A stretch of DNA of 64,000 nt from positions 5,632,001 to 5,696,000 of the forward strand of contig CBDBDQ010000005.1 in assembly GCA_965203905.1 (NCBI GenBank), in the 5' to 3' direction. Source of the DNA: Spirochaetia bacterium. Its GTDB lineage: Bacteria > Spirochaetota > Spirochaetia > SZUA-6 > Bin103. Positions 30,194 through 39,963 of the stretch are shown here, in pieces. Every line of letters begins with the position of its first letter. The stretch's first letter is position 1. The notes below the pieces were generated by a model, which was given only the letters and a program-made list of their open reading frames with translations, was not told where the DNA came from and made no database searches. A program made the translations under genes and the position numbers.

Positions 30194-31341
30194 CGGCGCG
30201 GCGCGCCGCGGCCGCGGGTTCCGGTCAGGTGCCGGCCGCGTTGCGGGCGTCCGGGTAGACGCAGCGGGCGCTGGTAGGTGGGGTCGCGCTTCTGCTTGCG
30301 CAGGGTGTCGACGATCTCGCGCCAGGTGGCGAACAGGCCGTAGGGAGCGACCGGCAAATCGGGCTCCAGCACCTTGCGCAGCTTGGGCAGGTTGTAGAAC
30401 GGCACCGCGGCGAACATGTGGTGCTCGACGTGGTAGTTCATGTTCCAATAAAAGAAGCGCACGAACGAGCCGGCCAGGTAGGTGCGCGTGCTGCGCCGCC
30501 AGTCGGCCACGTCCGGCTCCATGCCGATGTGTTGCGGCACGTGGGTCAGGATGCCGAACCACCTCGCGAAGAACGTCGCGAAGGTCACCAGGAACAGCAG
30601 GATCCAGTTGCCCGAGAGCACGAAGACCAGCGCCAGCGCGGCATGGCCGAACAGCATCACGCGGGCCCAGCGCACCATCTTCGCGAGCACCTCGGGGTCG
30701 GATGCCGGGAACAGGACTCTCTCCCGTTTGGACTTCAGGATCAACTCGGGACGGCGGCCGAAGCAGTGCCGGAACAACTGACCAAACACCAGCAGCATCA
30801 CCTTCGGGTGAAAGGTGAAGCCGTAGATCCAGGCGTGCCACTTGAAGTCGAGCGGCAGCATCACCTCCAGGTCGAAGTCGTGGTGCGTAGTGTACTGGTG
30901 GTGCCTGGCGTGGCTGCGGCGGAAGTGGATGTAGTTGAACCAGGTCAGGAAGCCGTTGAAGCGAAGGAAGAACTCGTTCAGCCAGCGGGTCTTGAACATG
31001 CTCTTGTGGGCCAGCTCGTGGCCGCCGGTGCCGCCGCCGAAGAAGCCGTAGAACGAGCAGTGCACCCAGACCGCGGCCACCACCCAGGGCCAAGCAAGGT
31101 GGTGGAATGCCCATACGGCTAGCGCGCCGGTAGCGGCCGAAAATCCGAGCATGCCGAGATTGTGCAGCAGCGGCTGCCAGTCATTCCTGCGGTTCAACTC
31201 CGCCAGCACCGCGCGGTCGATGGGGCTGCGGTACCAGTTGAAGCGTACGCCGCGGTCGTCGATGCCGGTCTCCGCGACGCTGTACTCAGCAGGCTCGCCG
31301 ATCACCTGCGTGCGGTGCTGCTCAAGTTCGCTGGCGCTCAT
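30172..31341 (-). CDS. Membrane fatty-acid-desaturase-family diiron enzyme (MocD-like)
   Basis: His boxes HELAH, HARHH, YHVEHH. Confidence 0.85.
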   Translation of the reverse strand: MSASELEQHRTQVIGEPAEYSVAETGIDDRGVRFNWYRSPIDRAVLAELNRRNDWQPLLHNLGMLGFSAATGALAVWAFHHLAWPWVVAAVWVHCSFYGFFGGGTGGHELAHKSMFKTRWLNEFFLRFNGFLTWFNYIHFRRSHARHHQYTTHHDFDLEVMLPLDFKWHAWIYGFTFHPKVMLLVFGQLFRHCFGRRPELILKSKRERVLFPASDPEVLAKMVRWARVMLFGHAALALVFVLSGNWILLFLVTFATFFARWFGILTHVPQHIGMEPDVADWRRSTRTYLAGSFVRFFYWNMNYHVEHHMFAAVPFYNLPKLRKVLEPDLPVAPYGLFATWREIVDTLRKQKRDPTYQRPLRLPGRPQRGRHLTGTRGRGAPRRYLTQPG

Positions 31342-31730
31342 TAGAATGGTGGTACCGGCCGGCTGGACGGTACAAGACGCAGGCTATGGCGTACACGAAC
31401 GTGGGAATCACGTCCGCGGTTTCGTAGATTGCCGGATTGTACAACAGAAAGATCTTCTCGAAGCCGATGCTCATCATGTTTCCCATGCGGAGAATGAGCA
31501 GAATGACTATGGTCGGCAAGATACCGGGAATCGTCACATGCCAGGCTTGGCGGAGCCGTCCGGCACCATTGATGGACGCGGAGGCGTACAATTCCTGGTC
31601 GATGGCGCTCACAGCGGCCAGGTAGATGATCGATCCCCACCCCACGCTTTGCCAGATCTCGGTAACTACGTAGACTGGCCTGAAATACTTGGGGAGATTG
31701 ATCCGGTCGCCGCCCAGAAGGGCGAGAAAG
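31342..31730 (-). pseudogene. Internal fragment of an LplB-type sugar ABC permease
   Basis: YFRPVYVVTEIWQSVGWGSIIYLAA..IDQELY..GFEKIFLL, homologous to 48829-49803; both ends missing. Confidence 0.8.
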
Positions 31731-31767
31731 TCGCTGCCATAGATCGACTTTGCGCCCTGCAGGATTC

Positions 31768-32544
31768 GGTAACTGTGTGCTTGATCATCGCATAGCCTCG
31801 TACCTCCTTTTGGGATGAGTCCTTGGGGAGGCCGTTCGAGGCGCAAATCACAGGGACGCTTTCAACCATCTAATTCGCCTCCCTGAATTCATAAAAAAGA
31901 TCTGAACCCACTCTCACAAGAAGAAAAATAACTCCAGTTTTTTTATACAGTCTGTTGTTGCTAACATTCGCTTCAAGAATAAACATTAGATCATTATTGA
32001 TTATTCTGAAGATGTAATACCTTCTCTCATTACCATGCACAGTCAGAATTGCACCTCTTTTCCCCTCAAACAACTGATAAGACCACCTGAATTCTCTTTG
32101 AAGTTCCCAGTCGCCAGAGATTCCTTGAAATCTGTAAGGTGTCCCTGCCCCGCTGTGGTATCGGTAAAATCTTCCAATTTGATTATGATTGAATTCAACA
32201 GTTCTGATATAAGATGAATCAAACTTAATGAGATCCCATCTTCCAATCAAAGGGATCTTTGAATCAGATAGTCTTGGAAGAACAATCGAGGAAATCCCGT
32301 CAGTTAGACTCACACTCAAACCATCAATGGTAAGAGTAATTTCAGTTTCTCCTTCTGCAAAAGAAGGTAGTTGAATTGCAAAAAACAGTAGTAGTGCTGT
32401 TAGTAGTTTTTTCATTGTTTTGGGTTCTTGCAACCTCATTTTTCCATCCGTCCTTAGCAGCCGGGAGACGCTGGCTGCCAGGCGGCGGAATCTGGTAACC
32501 ACGTGCTCGATCATCGCATGGCGGCTTAGCTCCTTCCCGGGATG
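31768..32544 (-). repeat. Imperfect direct repeats of about 50 bp (31768-31817 and 32494-32544) flanking the AT-rich gene
   Basis: Minus strand CATCCC-N2/3-AAGGAG-N10-ATGCGATGATC(A/G)AGCAC-N3-GTTACC in both copies. Confidence 0.7.
31870..32415 (-). CDS. AT-rich secreted hypothetical protein (ORFan)
   Basis: MKKLLTALLLFFAIQLPSFA signal peptide; abrupt AT-rich composition. Confidence 0.7.
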   Translation of the reverse strand: MKKLLTALLLFFAIQLPSFAEGETEITLTIDGLSVSLTDGISSIVLPRLSDSKIPLIGRWDLIKFDSSYIRTVEFNHNQIGRFYRYHSGAGTPYRFQGISGDWELQREFRWSYQLFEGKRGAILTVHGNERRYYIFRIINNDLMFILEANVSNNRLYKKTGVIFLLVRVGSDLFYEFREAN

Positions 32545-32586
32545 CTCCCGCTGGTGGGTCGAGGCGGGCCGGACACCAAAGTCAGC

Positions 32587-32615
32587 AGGCTACGGCGGCC
32601 CCGGCTGGATGTCAA
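32587..32615 (-). promoter_or_regulatory. Sigma70-type promoter
   Basis: TTGACA-17 nt-TAGCCT on the minus strand, upstream of AAGGAG and a start codon. Confidence 0.55.
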
Positions 32616-32769
32616 CCGCGCGCCCCTTTCTCTGCCCTCTCTGTGCGTCAGGTCGCCATCGCGCTCGAGCGGATCGTTCGGGGCAGCTCGTGGCCCGAAT
32701 GGCCGCTGCTTTCGGCGCGGCTGCCTCAGGCCAGGAAGTCCGCTCCGTTGTCGCGAGGGAAAGCTGGGA

Positions 32770-33552
32770 TCACGAGTTACATGAACCGGCCATCCCCGCG
32801 GCCGCACAGGCGGCGAAGAAATCCGCGTTCGACGCCGAAAATCCGTTCTGCTGTTCACACTCCCGAATCGCAATCTCGGTTGCAAGGCAGGTCTCCACCG
32901 TGTCGGGATACTCCACTCCCATGGTCGCATCCCGAAGCAGGATCGTGTTGTAGCTGCGGCTGGCCATGGCCGGCATCCCGTAGTCGCGGTTGCGTATGCA
33001 CCAGTTGGTGGCAAAGCCGACGAAGAGCAGATGTAGAATGCGGCGCTCCGTGAGCAGGTCGTGCAACTGGTCCCCGGTGGAAATTACGAACTCGTGGTCG
33101 AGCACGTCGATGGCCGGCGACATGCCCAGGTCGGGTATGTCAGGAATCCCCGGGGGTTGACGGCGCGGCCCTCGATAGGCGGCATAGGCTCCCTCGCGGT
33201 GGCGGAATTCCGCAGGGGGCCATGCGGGATCCGGCCGCGGCTCGGGCGGTGTGTGGCGCTCGAGCTGGCGGAACTGTTCGGCCACGCCCGGGCTCGGCGC
33301 GTGCACCACGGTGATCCCGATTTCGCGGGCGTGCTGCAGTACCGGCGCCACCGCCTCCCGCGTCACCCGCGCGGCCCGTTCCAGCCAGCTTTCGATGAAG
33401 TGCGCGTTCCACACGTCCACCAGCACCAGGGCCGTCTTGTCCACCGGCAGCTCCATGGCGATCTCGCGCCGGATGAAGTGCTCCTCTCGGCAGGGCACAC
33501 CCTCCGGGGTACTGTCCTGAAAGTATCGAACCCGCAATCTCAGCGTCGCCAT
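32770..33552 (-). CDS. Isochorismatase/cysteine hydrolase family
   Basis: TALVLVDVW, GFATNWCI, LLRDAT; GGAGG RBS. Confidence 0.85.
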   Translation of the reverse strand: MATLRLRVRYFQDSTPEGVPCREEHFIRREIAMELPVDKTALVLVDVWNAHFIESWLERAARVTREAVAPVLQHAREIGITVVHAPSPGVAEQFRQLERHTPPEPRPDPAWPPAEFRHREGAYAAYRGPRRQPPGIPDIPDLGMSPAIDVLDHEFVISTGDQLHDLLTERRILHLLFVGFATNWCIRNRDYGMPAMASRSYNTILLRDATMGVEYPDTVETCLATEIAIRECEQQNGFSASNADFFAACAAAGMAGSCNS

Positions 33553-33639
33553 CGCATCCTCCATGGGCGTTGGTGCTCACCATCATCCGCCACGTCTCGT
33601 GCGTCAACACCTCCAGGCCGCGGTCGGGAATGTTCGTTG

Positions 33640-34230
33640 AACGTAACGTCTCGTTGCGCCAGTAGGAACGCTGGTGATACTCGCGGTAGAGGCATTCCTC
33701 GTCCGCAACCTGGGCGGCGCCGGCGACATATGCCAGGTGCAGGGACAGCCACCACATGCGCAGGTGCTGGTCTCCCTCCGGGCTTACGTGAGCCCCTTCC
33801 GCCTGGTAGGTGCCCCAGAACGGCTTTCCCCAGGCGCGCGCGGCCCCGCGGGCGTCGGCCACGAGCAGGGCGTTGTTGCTCTTGTTGAACTGTGACAGCC
33901 TGGCGGCCATCCCGGCTTCGTAGGCGCAACCGATCCCGATAGCCGAGAACAGCACCCACGGCTGCACCAGCGGATCGGCGCCGCGGGTGGCATCCGCCAT
34001 GCGTCGGAAGTAGGCGACGAAGTCGTCGTGGGCCGTACGCATCGTGCGCTCATTCTCGCGCGGTCGGTCAGCTCGCCGACCGTGAAGTCGAACTCGATCG
34101 ACCTGGTGGAGAACCTCACCTGGGAGCGGGCATCGCCCTCCAGTTCGAACAGGATGCCCCCGAGGCGGTACTGGGCGGTCGGCGGTTCCCAGTTCCACTA
34201 CGGCTGTTCCAACTCGACGAGAGTTTCACG
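33640..34230 (-). pseudogene. Fragments of a large hypothetical protein
   Basis: Coding-like segments in two frames (WNWEPPTAQYRLGGILFEL..; DARGAARAWGKPFWG..AYVAGA) with an in-frame stop and no intact ends. Confidence 0.45.
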
Positions 34231-34475
34231 GACATCACCGTAGTGGCCGCTGAAATCGATGAGCCAGGAGCGGCGTATCGTTCCCTGCTCTGCGCTGATC
34301 CCTCCATCCCAGGCGTACCCCGCGTGCTGCCAGGGATAGGGCGCATACTGCATGTAGTAGCCCTAGTGAATGCGGATCCTGTGGACGGCGCCCATGGGTC
34401 CGCTGCTCTACGGCGCCGCCGGTCCAGCGTGGGGCTGGGCCGCAGGCCAAGCCGCCGGGCGGCGGTTGCTGGACG

Positions 34476-35333
34476 TTAGCACGGCCACATGAGCGGCCAG
34501 TAGGGGCCGGCGAACGGCTGGCCGGGGCGGGCGTCGGGACCGAGGAACAGCATGTTCGGGTGGTATTGGCGGCTCTCCCGGTAGCAGGTGTCTCCCGGCA
34601 TCATGTGCGAGATAAGGCACAGGCGCGCGGCGTCGCTCAGGTTGGGGCCGGAGCCGTGCAGCGTGAGGCAGTGGTGGAAGCTCACCTCGCCCTCGCGCAG
34701 CAGGCACGGCTCGTCGATCCAGGCGCCACTGATCTCCTGCGTCGACAACCGCGCCTTCAGGCCCTCCAGGTCCTTCTTGCCGAAGTTGGCGCTGTCCTCA
34801 AGCAGGCCCCAGCGGTGCGAGCCGACGATGGTGCGCATGGCGCCGTTGCCGAGGTCGGTGTCCTGCAGTGCGATCCAGGCGGTGCACATGTTGCGGGAGC
34901 TGGAGCACTGCCAGTGGCCGTAGTCCTGGTGCCAGCCGATGTTGCCAGCGGTGACGTCGGTGCCTCGCACGCCGACGCCCGGCTTGATGACCGCCTGGTC
35001 GTGCCACAGGCGCACCTCCTCCACGCCCATGAAGCGGGCGCCGATGGCGCCCAGCAGCGGGCTGGTGGTCAGCGCACGGATCTCGTCGTTGAGCCAGAAC
35101 GCGTTGCACTGCTGGCGCACCGCGGTGGCATCCGGCTCGTCTCGAGGCGGTCCGTACTGCGACGGGATCGGGTGGTCGAAGTCACCCGCCCAGAGGCGCT
35201 CGTGGGCGCGCCGCAGCCGGGCGGTGGTGTGCTCGTCGAACAGCCTCGGGCTGCGCCAGTAGCCCCGCTCGCGGTACTCCGCCAGCACCGCTGCGTCAAT
35301 CAGCGTATCGACGTCGATCCCTTCGACTACCAT
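34476..35333 (-). CDS. PhyH-family dioxygenase
   Basis: WHQDY..WIAL..NGAM..GSH..FHHCLTLHGSGPN. Confidence 0.9.
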   Translation of the reverse strand: MVVEGIDVDTLIDAAVLAEYRERGYWRSPRLFDEHTTARLRRAHERLWAGDFDHPIPSQYGPPRDEPDATAVRQQCNAFWLNDEIRALTTSPLLGAIGARFMGVEEVRLWHDQAVIKPGVGVRGTDVTAGNIGWHQDYGHWQCSSSRNMCTAWIALQDTDLGNGAMRTIVGSHRWGLLEDSANFGKKDLEGLKARLSTQEISGAWIDEPCLLREGEVSFHHCLTLHGSGPNLSDAARLCLISHMMPGDTCYRESRQYHPNMLFLGPDARPGQPFAGPYWPLMWPC

Positions 35334-35361
35334 GCCCGGACCTTACCGAATCGGCCGCCGG

Positions 35362-38076
35362 CTAGGCAAACTCGACCGTCACTTCGCGCAGCGATGGGGT
35401 GTGGCACCCGTCGAGGGAGGTGAGCGTGGCCTGGTACTGCAGCCAGCGCTGCGGCCCGCGGAAGTCCGCCACGGCGCCGGGCGCCCGGTAGGTGCTGCCC
35501 GGGCCGTTCGCTCCGCGCCACGGCGCCCGCTCCAGCTCCGCGCGTGAGCCGGCCCAGCGGAGCTGCAGCTCGACCGCGGTGCGCGGCGGGGTGCTCGCGC
35601 TCCAATCCACCCGCACCGGCCGCCTGCCGGCCAGCTCGTACACCGGGGAACGGTAGCGCTCGCACGGTTCGCGGGTGAACGCGTTGCCGAAGTCGCGCGG
35701 CGTGCTCAGGTGGGGGCCCATGCCGGGCAGGCGCGTGGGGTGAGCCAGGTCGAGCCCGTCGGGTCCGTTGCGGAACAGCAGGGAGTCCACGCGGTGCCCG
35801 AGGTCGGTGCGGTGGCACACGGCGAACACGTCGCGCCAGCCGTTGCCGGTGGTGTCCACCACCTGGAAGGCGCAGCTCGCGTCGCAGTCGATCACCGTCG
35901 GCCGGTCGTAGTCGATGCCGCCGGGGGTGCCCCAGTAGAGGTGCGCCGGCAGCACGCGACTGGACGGCGTGGAATAGGCCGGCACCAGCAGGTCCAGGTG
36001 GCCGTCGCGATTCACGTCGGCAACGGTCAGCAGGATGCTGGAAGCCTCCGTGCGGTGAAACTCGCCGCGCTCCTGGGAGTACCCTTCGGGGCCGCCGTAG
36101 AGAATGAAGAAGCCGCTGTCGATACGGGTGTAGTGGCCCATCAGCACCACGATCAGGTCCAGGCTGCCGTTGCCGGTGAGGTCGGCGCAGTTGATGGCGG
36201 CCACGTTGCCCGGCCCGCCGATGTCAAGGGGAATGCGGCTCACGCGCTGCGCGGAGAAACCCTGGGGACCGCCGTGATAGATGGCCAGGTAGCCGCGCAC
36301 GTCGTAGCAGATCACGTCCAGCCAGCCGTCGCCGTCCAGGTCGGCGACGCGGGCGTTGCCCTTGGTGTAGGTGGGCAGCGAGGTGCAGCGGGCGCTGGAA
36401 TAGCCCTCTGGTGAACCGTGATAGATCACGGACGAGGCGGCCATGGTGGCTGGCTTGTCATCGTAGGTGTAGGCCACCGCCAGCAGGTCGAGCCAGCCGT
36501 TGCGGTTGAAGTCGCCAACCTGCACGTAGTGCATGTTCTGGCCAGCGGCGCGCAGGTCGGTGTAGCGGTCCGCACGCAGGCCGTCCGGACCGCCGTGGAA
36601 CACGCGCAGACCCACGCGCGCGGTGCACACCAGGTCGGCATGGCCGTCCTGGTCGAGGTCGGCGACGATGTAGGTGTTGCTGCCGCCGGTGGGCAGCTCC
36701 TGGCGCCGCTCCGGGTCGAAGCGCCCGCCCGGCGCGCCCGGGTACACGTACACCGGGAACTCGGGATCGTTCTGCGAGGGGCCGGCCATGGTGTTGTTGA
36801 ACACCACCTCCGGACGGCCGTCGCCGTCCAGGTCGGCGGCGGTGCAGCCCATGGCGCCGCCGGTCGCCAGCCGCTCGACCCGCTGCGCCGAGAACCCCTG
36901 CGGGCCGTTCCAGTAGATCACCGACTCGGTGTCGTAGGAGCGGCCATCCTCGCGCCGCGAGACGATCAGGTCGACACGGCCGTCGCCGTCCAGGTCGGCG
37001 GCGTGCACCCAGGAGCAGTAGGTAAGAGGCAGGAGCTGGCGCACCCGGTCGAGGGCGTCCGCGGAGCGGATCTCAACCCCGCGCTGCGCCGCGATCAGCA
37101 GCTCGTCGCGTCCATCCCCATCCACGTCGGCGGCGGCGATGCGGGCGGCGCCCTCGGCGAACATCGTCCAGGTGCCCTCGATCGGCAGCACCGTACGCAC
37201 GTCGGGGGCGATGCGGCCGCCGCGGTTCCAGAAGATTCGTACCTGGTGGCCGCCGGAGAAGATCACCTCCTTCATGCCGTCGCCGTCCAGGTCGGCCAGG
37301 GCCACCTGCATGGCATAGCGGGTCGGCAGCCGCAGCGGAGCGTCCACCGCGAAGCCGCTGCCGCGCCGCCGATAGAGGAACGAGTCGGTGTGATGTTCGA
37401 AGCCGGCGCGGTAGTTGGCCACCACCAGCTCCAGCTCGCCGTCGCCGTCGATATCCTCGCACGCCACCGCCAGCGCTCCCACTCCGGGAATCGCGAACTC
37501 CGCGGTGGCATCTTCGAACACCCGTGGCGCGGTCTGCAGGTATACGTGCAGCGGGCGCGGCTCGCCGGCGTTGTGATGGTCCACCCACGCCGACGGCAGG
37601 ATCAGGTCCAGCAGCCCGTTGCCGGTCAGGTCGACGGCGGCCACGTCGTAGGCGCCGGCGGTGGGAAGCACGGCGCGCTCGCCGGTCAGCCCGGCGGGGC
37701 CGCCCCAGTACACGTAGGAGTCCAGTTCGGAGGTGACCCCGTTCTCGGCGTTGACCACGACCAGGTCGAGGAATCCATCGCCATCCACGTCGGCGGCATG
37801 GCTCATCCAGCCGCTGTCGTTGGTCAGCTCGCGCCTCCCCCACTCCGCGCCGGAAGCCGGCGGCTGGGTGTAGATCCAGGTGGGGCCGCGTTCGTCGTAG
37901 CCGTGGGAGTTGGGAAATACCAGGTCGACGTGGCCGTCGCCGTTCAGGTCGGTGCGATGGATCCACTCGACGGCGCCCGAGGCGGTCAGGTAGAGGTTGT
38001 CGCCGCCGTTGTCGAACTCGCCCTGCCGGAAGGCGGCGAGTCCGCCGTGGGTCCATCGCGGAGGCGACTCACCCAT
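35362..38076 (-). CDS. FG-GAP/VCBS-repeat protein with 14 DxDxDG-type repeats
   Basis: 14 D-x-[DNT]-x-[DN]-G motifs counted; no signal peptide after MGESPPRW. Confidence 0.85.
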   Translation of the reverse strand: MGESPPRWTHGGLAAFRQGEFDNGGDNLYLTASGAVEWIHRTDLNGDGHVDLVFPNSHGYDERGPTWIYTQPPASGAEWGRRELTNDSGWMSHAADVDGDGFLDLVVVNAENGVTSELDSYVYWGGPAGLTGERAVLPTAGAYDVAAVDLTGNGLLDLILPSAWVDHHNAGEPRPLHVYLQTAPRVFEDATAEFAIPGVGALAVACEDIDGDGELELVVANYRAGFEHHTDSFLYRRRGSGFAVDAPLRLPTRYAMQVALADLDGDGMKEVIFSGGHQVRIFWNRGGRIAPDVRTVLPIEGTWTMFAEGAARIAAADVDGDGRDELLIAAQRGVEIRSADALDRVRQLLPLTYCSWVHAADLDGDGRVDLIVSRREDGRSYDTESVIYWNGPQGFSAQRVERLATGGAMGCTAADLDGDGRPEVVFNNTMAGPSQNDPEFPVYVYPGAPGGRFDPERRQELPTGGSNTYIVADLDQDGHADLVCTARVGLRVFHGGPDGLRADRYTDLRAAGQNMHYVQVGDFNRNGWLDLLAVAYTYDDKPATMAASSVIYHGSPEGYSSARCTSLPTYTKGNARVADLDGDGWLDVICYDVRGYLAIYHGGPQGFSAQRVSRIPLDIGGPGNVAAINCADLTGNGSLDLIVVLMGHYTRIDSGFFILYGGPEGYSQERGEFHRTEASSILLTVADVNRDGHLDLLVPAYSTPSSRVLPAHLYWGTPGGIDYDRPTVIDCDASCAFQVVDTTGNGWRDVFAVCHRTDLGHRVDSLLFRNGPDGLDLAHPTRLPGMGPHLSTPRDFGNAFTREPCERYRSPVYELAGRRPVRVDWSASTPPRTAVELQLRWAGSRAELERAPWRGANGPGSTYRAPGAVADFRGPQRWLQYQATLTSLDGCHTPSLREVTVEFA

Positions 38077-38121
38077 GGTGGTCGCTCCGGGGGATGGCAG
38101 TCCGCGCCACGAACTGCCAAG

Positions 38122-38194
38122 AGCCAGAAAGGGGATTCGAACCCCTGACCTGTTCATTACGAGTGAACCGCTCTGCCAACTGAGCTATTCTGGC
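38122..38194 (-). tRNA. tRNA-Thr(CGT)
   Basis: GCCAGAA/TTCTGGC acceptor stem, GCTC/GAGC D-arm, GTTCA-CT-CGT-AA-TGAAC anticodon arm, AGGGG-TTCGAAT-CCCCT T-arm; CCA not encoded. Confidence 0.96.
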
Positions 38195-38265
38195 AATGGC
38201 CCTAAGATAATGCATCCGCGGCCAATGAGGAATACGCCGACCCGGCAGCCCCGGCAGCGGCGCGG

Positions 38266-39108
38266 TTATGACGGCCGCCACGCGCCGTCGTAGCCGGTAT
38301 AACCCTCGGTGTAGTGCTTCAGCCGGTCGGGCAGGCGGTCGATCAGCGCCCGCGCCGACTGCGGGAGCGGCCACGGGGCGTCGATCCGCCACGCCTTGGG
38401 ACGGAACCCGATGCCGCACGAGTAGCGGCGTTCGCGGGTCGCCATGTTGACGTGGAAGGTGCGGTCGGCGAAGCAGAGCAGGTCCCCCGGATCGGCGCTC
38501 ACCGCGACACAACCGGGTACGTCCATGTCCGTGCAGGGATCGTCCGCGCCGAGCCGGCGCATGCTGTTCCCGTTGTTGATGAGCTGGAAGCCCTCCGGCT
38601 GCCAGTCCGGAAGGTGCGACTGCTCGATCACGGCCAGGCCGCTGCGCTCCGGATCGCTGCCGTTGAGGTAGAACCAGAGGCCGCTCGGGAGCGGGAACCG
38701 GTTGAGGACCTGGTTCGCGTTCTGCGGTTCGCCCTCGAGATGGCCCTGGAAGTCCATGTGCCAGGCGCCCATCCCCTCGCCGGGAGTGCGCAGGATCGCC
38801 GCCGAGCGGTGCAGGCACAGCTCCCGCGTGCCGTTCACGGCGCAGATGAAATCCCAGTAGGGCGCGTGATCCACCAGCGTCCAGACCGGCTGGCTCACCT
38901 CCGCGAACGCCATGTGGTACTTGTTGGAAGCCGGGGGCAGCGAGCGCTCGGGATCCAGGTGCCGATCGATCGAGTCCTTCAGATCCTGCACCAGCGCAGG
39001 ACCGATCATGCCGCGCAGCACGCAGAAACCGTGGCGTTCGAGACATGCGAATGCCCCCGCGTGGTCGTGCGGCTCGAAGTGGTAACGGTATGAGGGGTTG
39101 TTGGCCAT
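38266..39108 (-). CDS. PhyH-family dioxygenase
   Basis: WHMD...QSH...FADRTFH...RRY. Confidence 0.8.
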   Translation of the reverse strand: MANNPSYRYHFEPHDHAGAFACLERHGFCVLRGMIGPALVQDLKDSIDRHLDPERSLPPASNKYHMAFAEVSQPVWTLVDHAPYWDFICAVNGTRELCLHRSAAILRTPGEGMGAWHMDFQGHLEGEPQNANQVLNRFPLPSGLWFYLNGSDPERSGLAVIEQSHLPDWQPEGFQLINNGNSMRRLGADDPCTDMDVPGCVAVSADPGDLLCFADRTFHVNMATRERRYSCGIGFRPKAWRIDAPWPLPQSARALIDRLPDRLKHYTEGYTGYDGAWRPS

Positions 39109-39114
39109 GGTACC

Positions 39115-39957
39115 TCAGTCGTTGCTCTTCTCGGCGCCCGCGATCGAGCGGTCGGGAAGGGTGTAGTCCATCCAGGCGGTGAGCGCCTTCTGTTGCGGGG
39201 TGAAGCGGCGCCGGATCGAGGGCGGCATCCAGTAGTGGCGGGCATTGTGGTAGTCGGTCATGTAGGAGGCGGCCCGCAGCCGCTCGACGTGGTTGTACTG
39301 CAGCGCGGTGCGCCGGCGCGCCGTGGTCTTGGGAGCGCCCGAGTGTACCAGCGCCTCGGTGAAGAGCAGCACGTCGCCAGGCTCGCCGGTGACCTCCAGG
39401 GCGCCCGGGGTATCCAGGCCGGCCATTCCCCAGCGCTTCAGGTCCAGCCTGAAGTTCTTCTTGTGCGAGCCGGGTATCACCGCCAGGCAGCCGTCTCCCG
39501 GATGGTTTGGCGTCAGCATGGTGACCACGTTCAGCATCGGGGAGCGGATCTTGCCGTCGCGCACCGAATAGTCCTCGGGCGGCAGGCCGTGATGCCAGTG
39601 GGTGGCCCCCCGCCCGGGATACTTGGAGATCGACCAGGTGTTGATCAACTGCGGCCGGTCCATGAACTCCTCGAGATAGGGCAGATATCCCGGGTGAGCG
39701 ATCAACCGGTCGAACACGGGATCGAGCCGCGGCAGGCCGTTGAGGCGCACCTGGTGCTCCATCCAGCGGTCCTTGGTGAAGTACGCGTTGGTGACCACCG
39801 GCAATCCTTCCGCCCAACTCTCGTCGTGCTCGATGGCCTCGTTGGCCACGACAGCCTCATCCAGCGCCGCTACCAGTTCGGGCTCGATCGCGCCCCGCAG
39901 GATCAGAAACCCCTGCAGGTCGAACAGGAATCTTTCGTCGTCCGTTACCTCATGCAC
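39115..39957 (-). CDS. PhyH-family enzyme with an HxG iron motif (copy A)
   Basis: FDLQGFLIL, WHHG, IPGSHK, FTEALVH, RRT. Confidence 0.85.
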   Translation of the reverse strand: MHEVTDDERFLFDLQGFLILRGAIEPELVAALDEAVVANEAIEHDESWAEGLPVVTNAYFTKDRWMEHQVRLNGLPRLDPVFDRLIAHPGYLPYLEEFMDRPQLINTWSISKYPGRGATHWHHGLPPEDYSVRDGKIRSPMLNVVTMLTPNHPGDGCLAVIPGSHKKNFRLDLKRWGMAGLDTPGALEVTGEPGDVLLFTEALVHSGAPKTTARRRTALQYNHVERLRAASYMTDYHNARHYWMPPSIRRRFTPQQKALTAWMDYTLPDRSIAGAEKSND

Positions 39958-39963
39958 CGTTCC

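Noticed and set aside
31780-32440. Integron cassette for the AT-rich gene
   Set aside because: No attC-like RYYYAAC...GTTRRRY palindrome and no integrase.
34290-34410. Imperfect hairpins as a REP, MITE or ncRNA
   Set aside because: Single occurrence, imperfect stems and no recognisable family motif.
38076-38157. N-terminal extension of the FG-GAP ORF to 38157
   Set aside because: It overlaps the tRNA gene; the ATG at 38076 follows a GGAG and is more plausible.
38122-38194. tRNA-Thr as an island attachment site
   Set aside because: No duplicated tRNA 3' end and no integrase found in the window; flanks have host-like composition.
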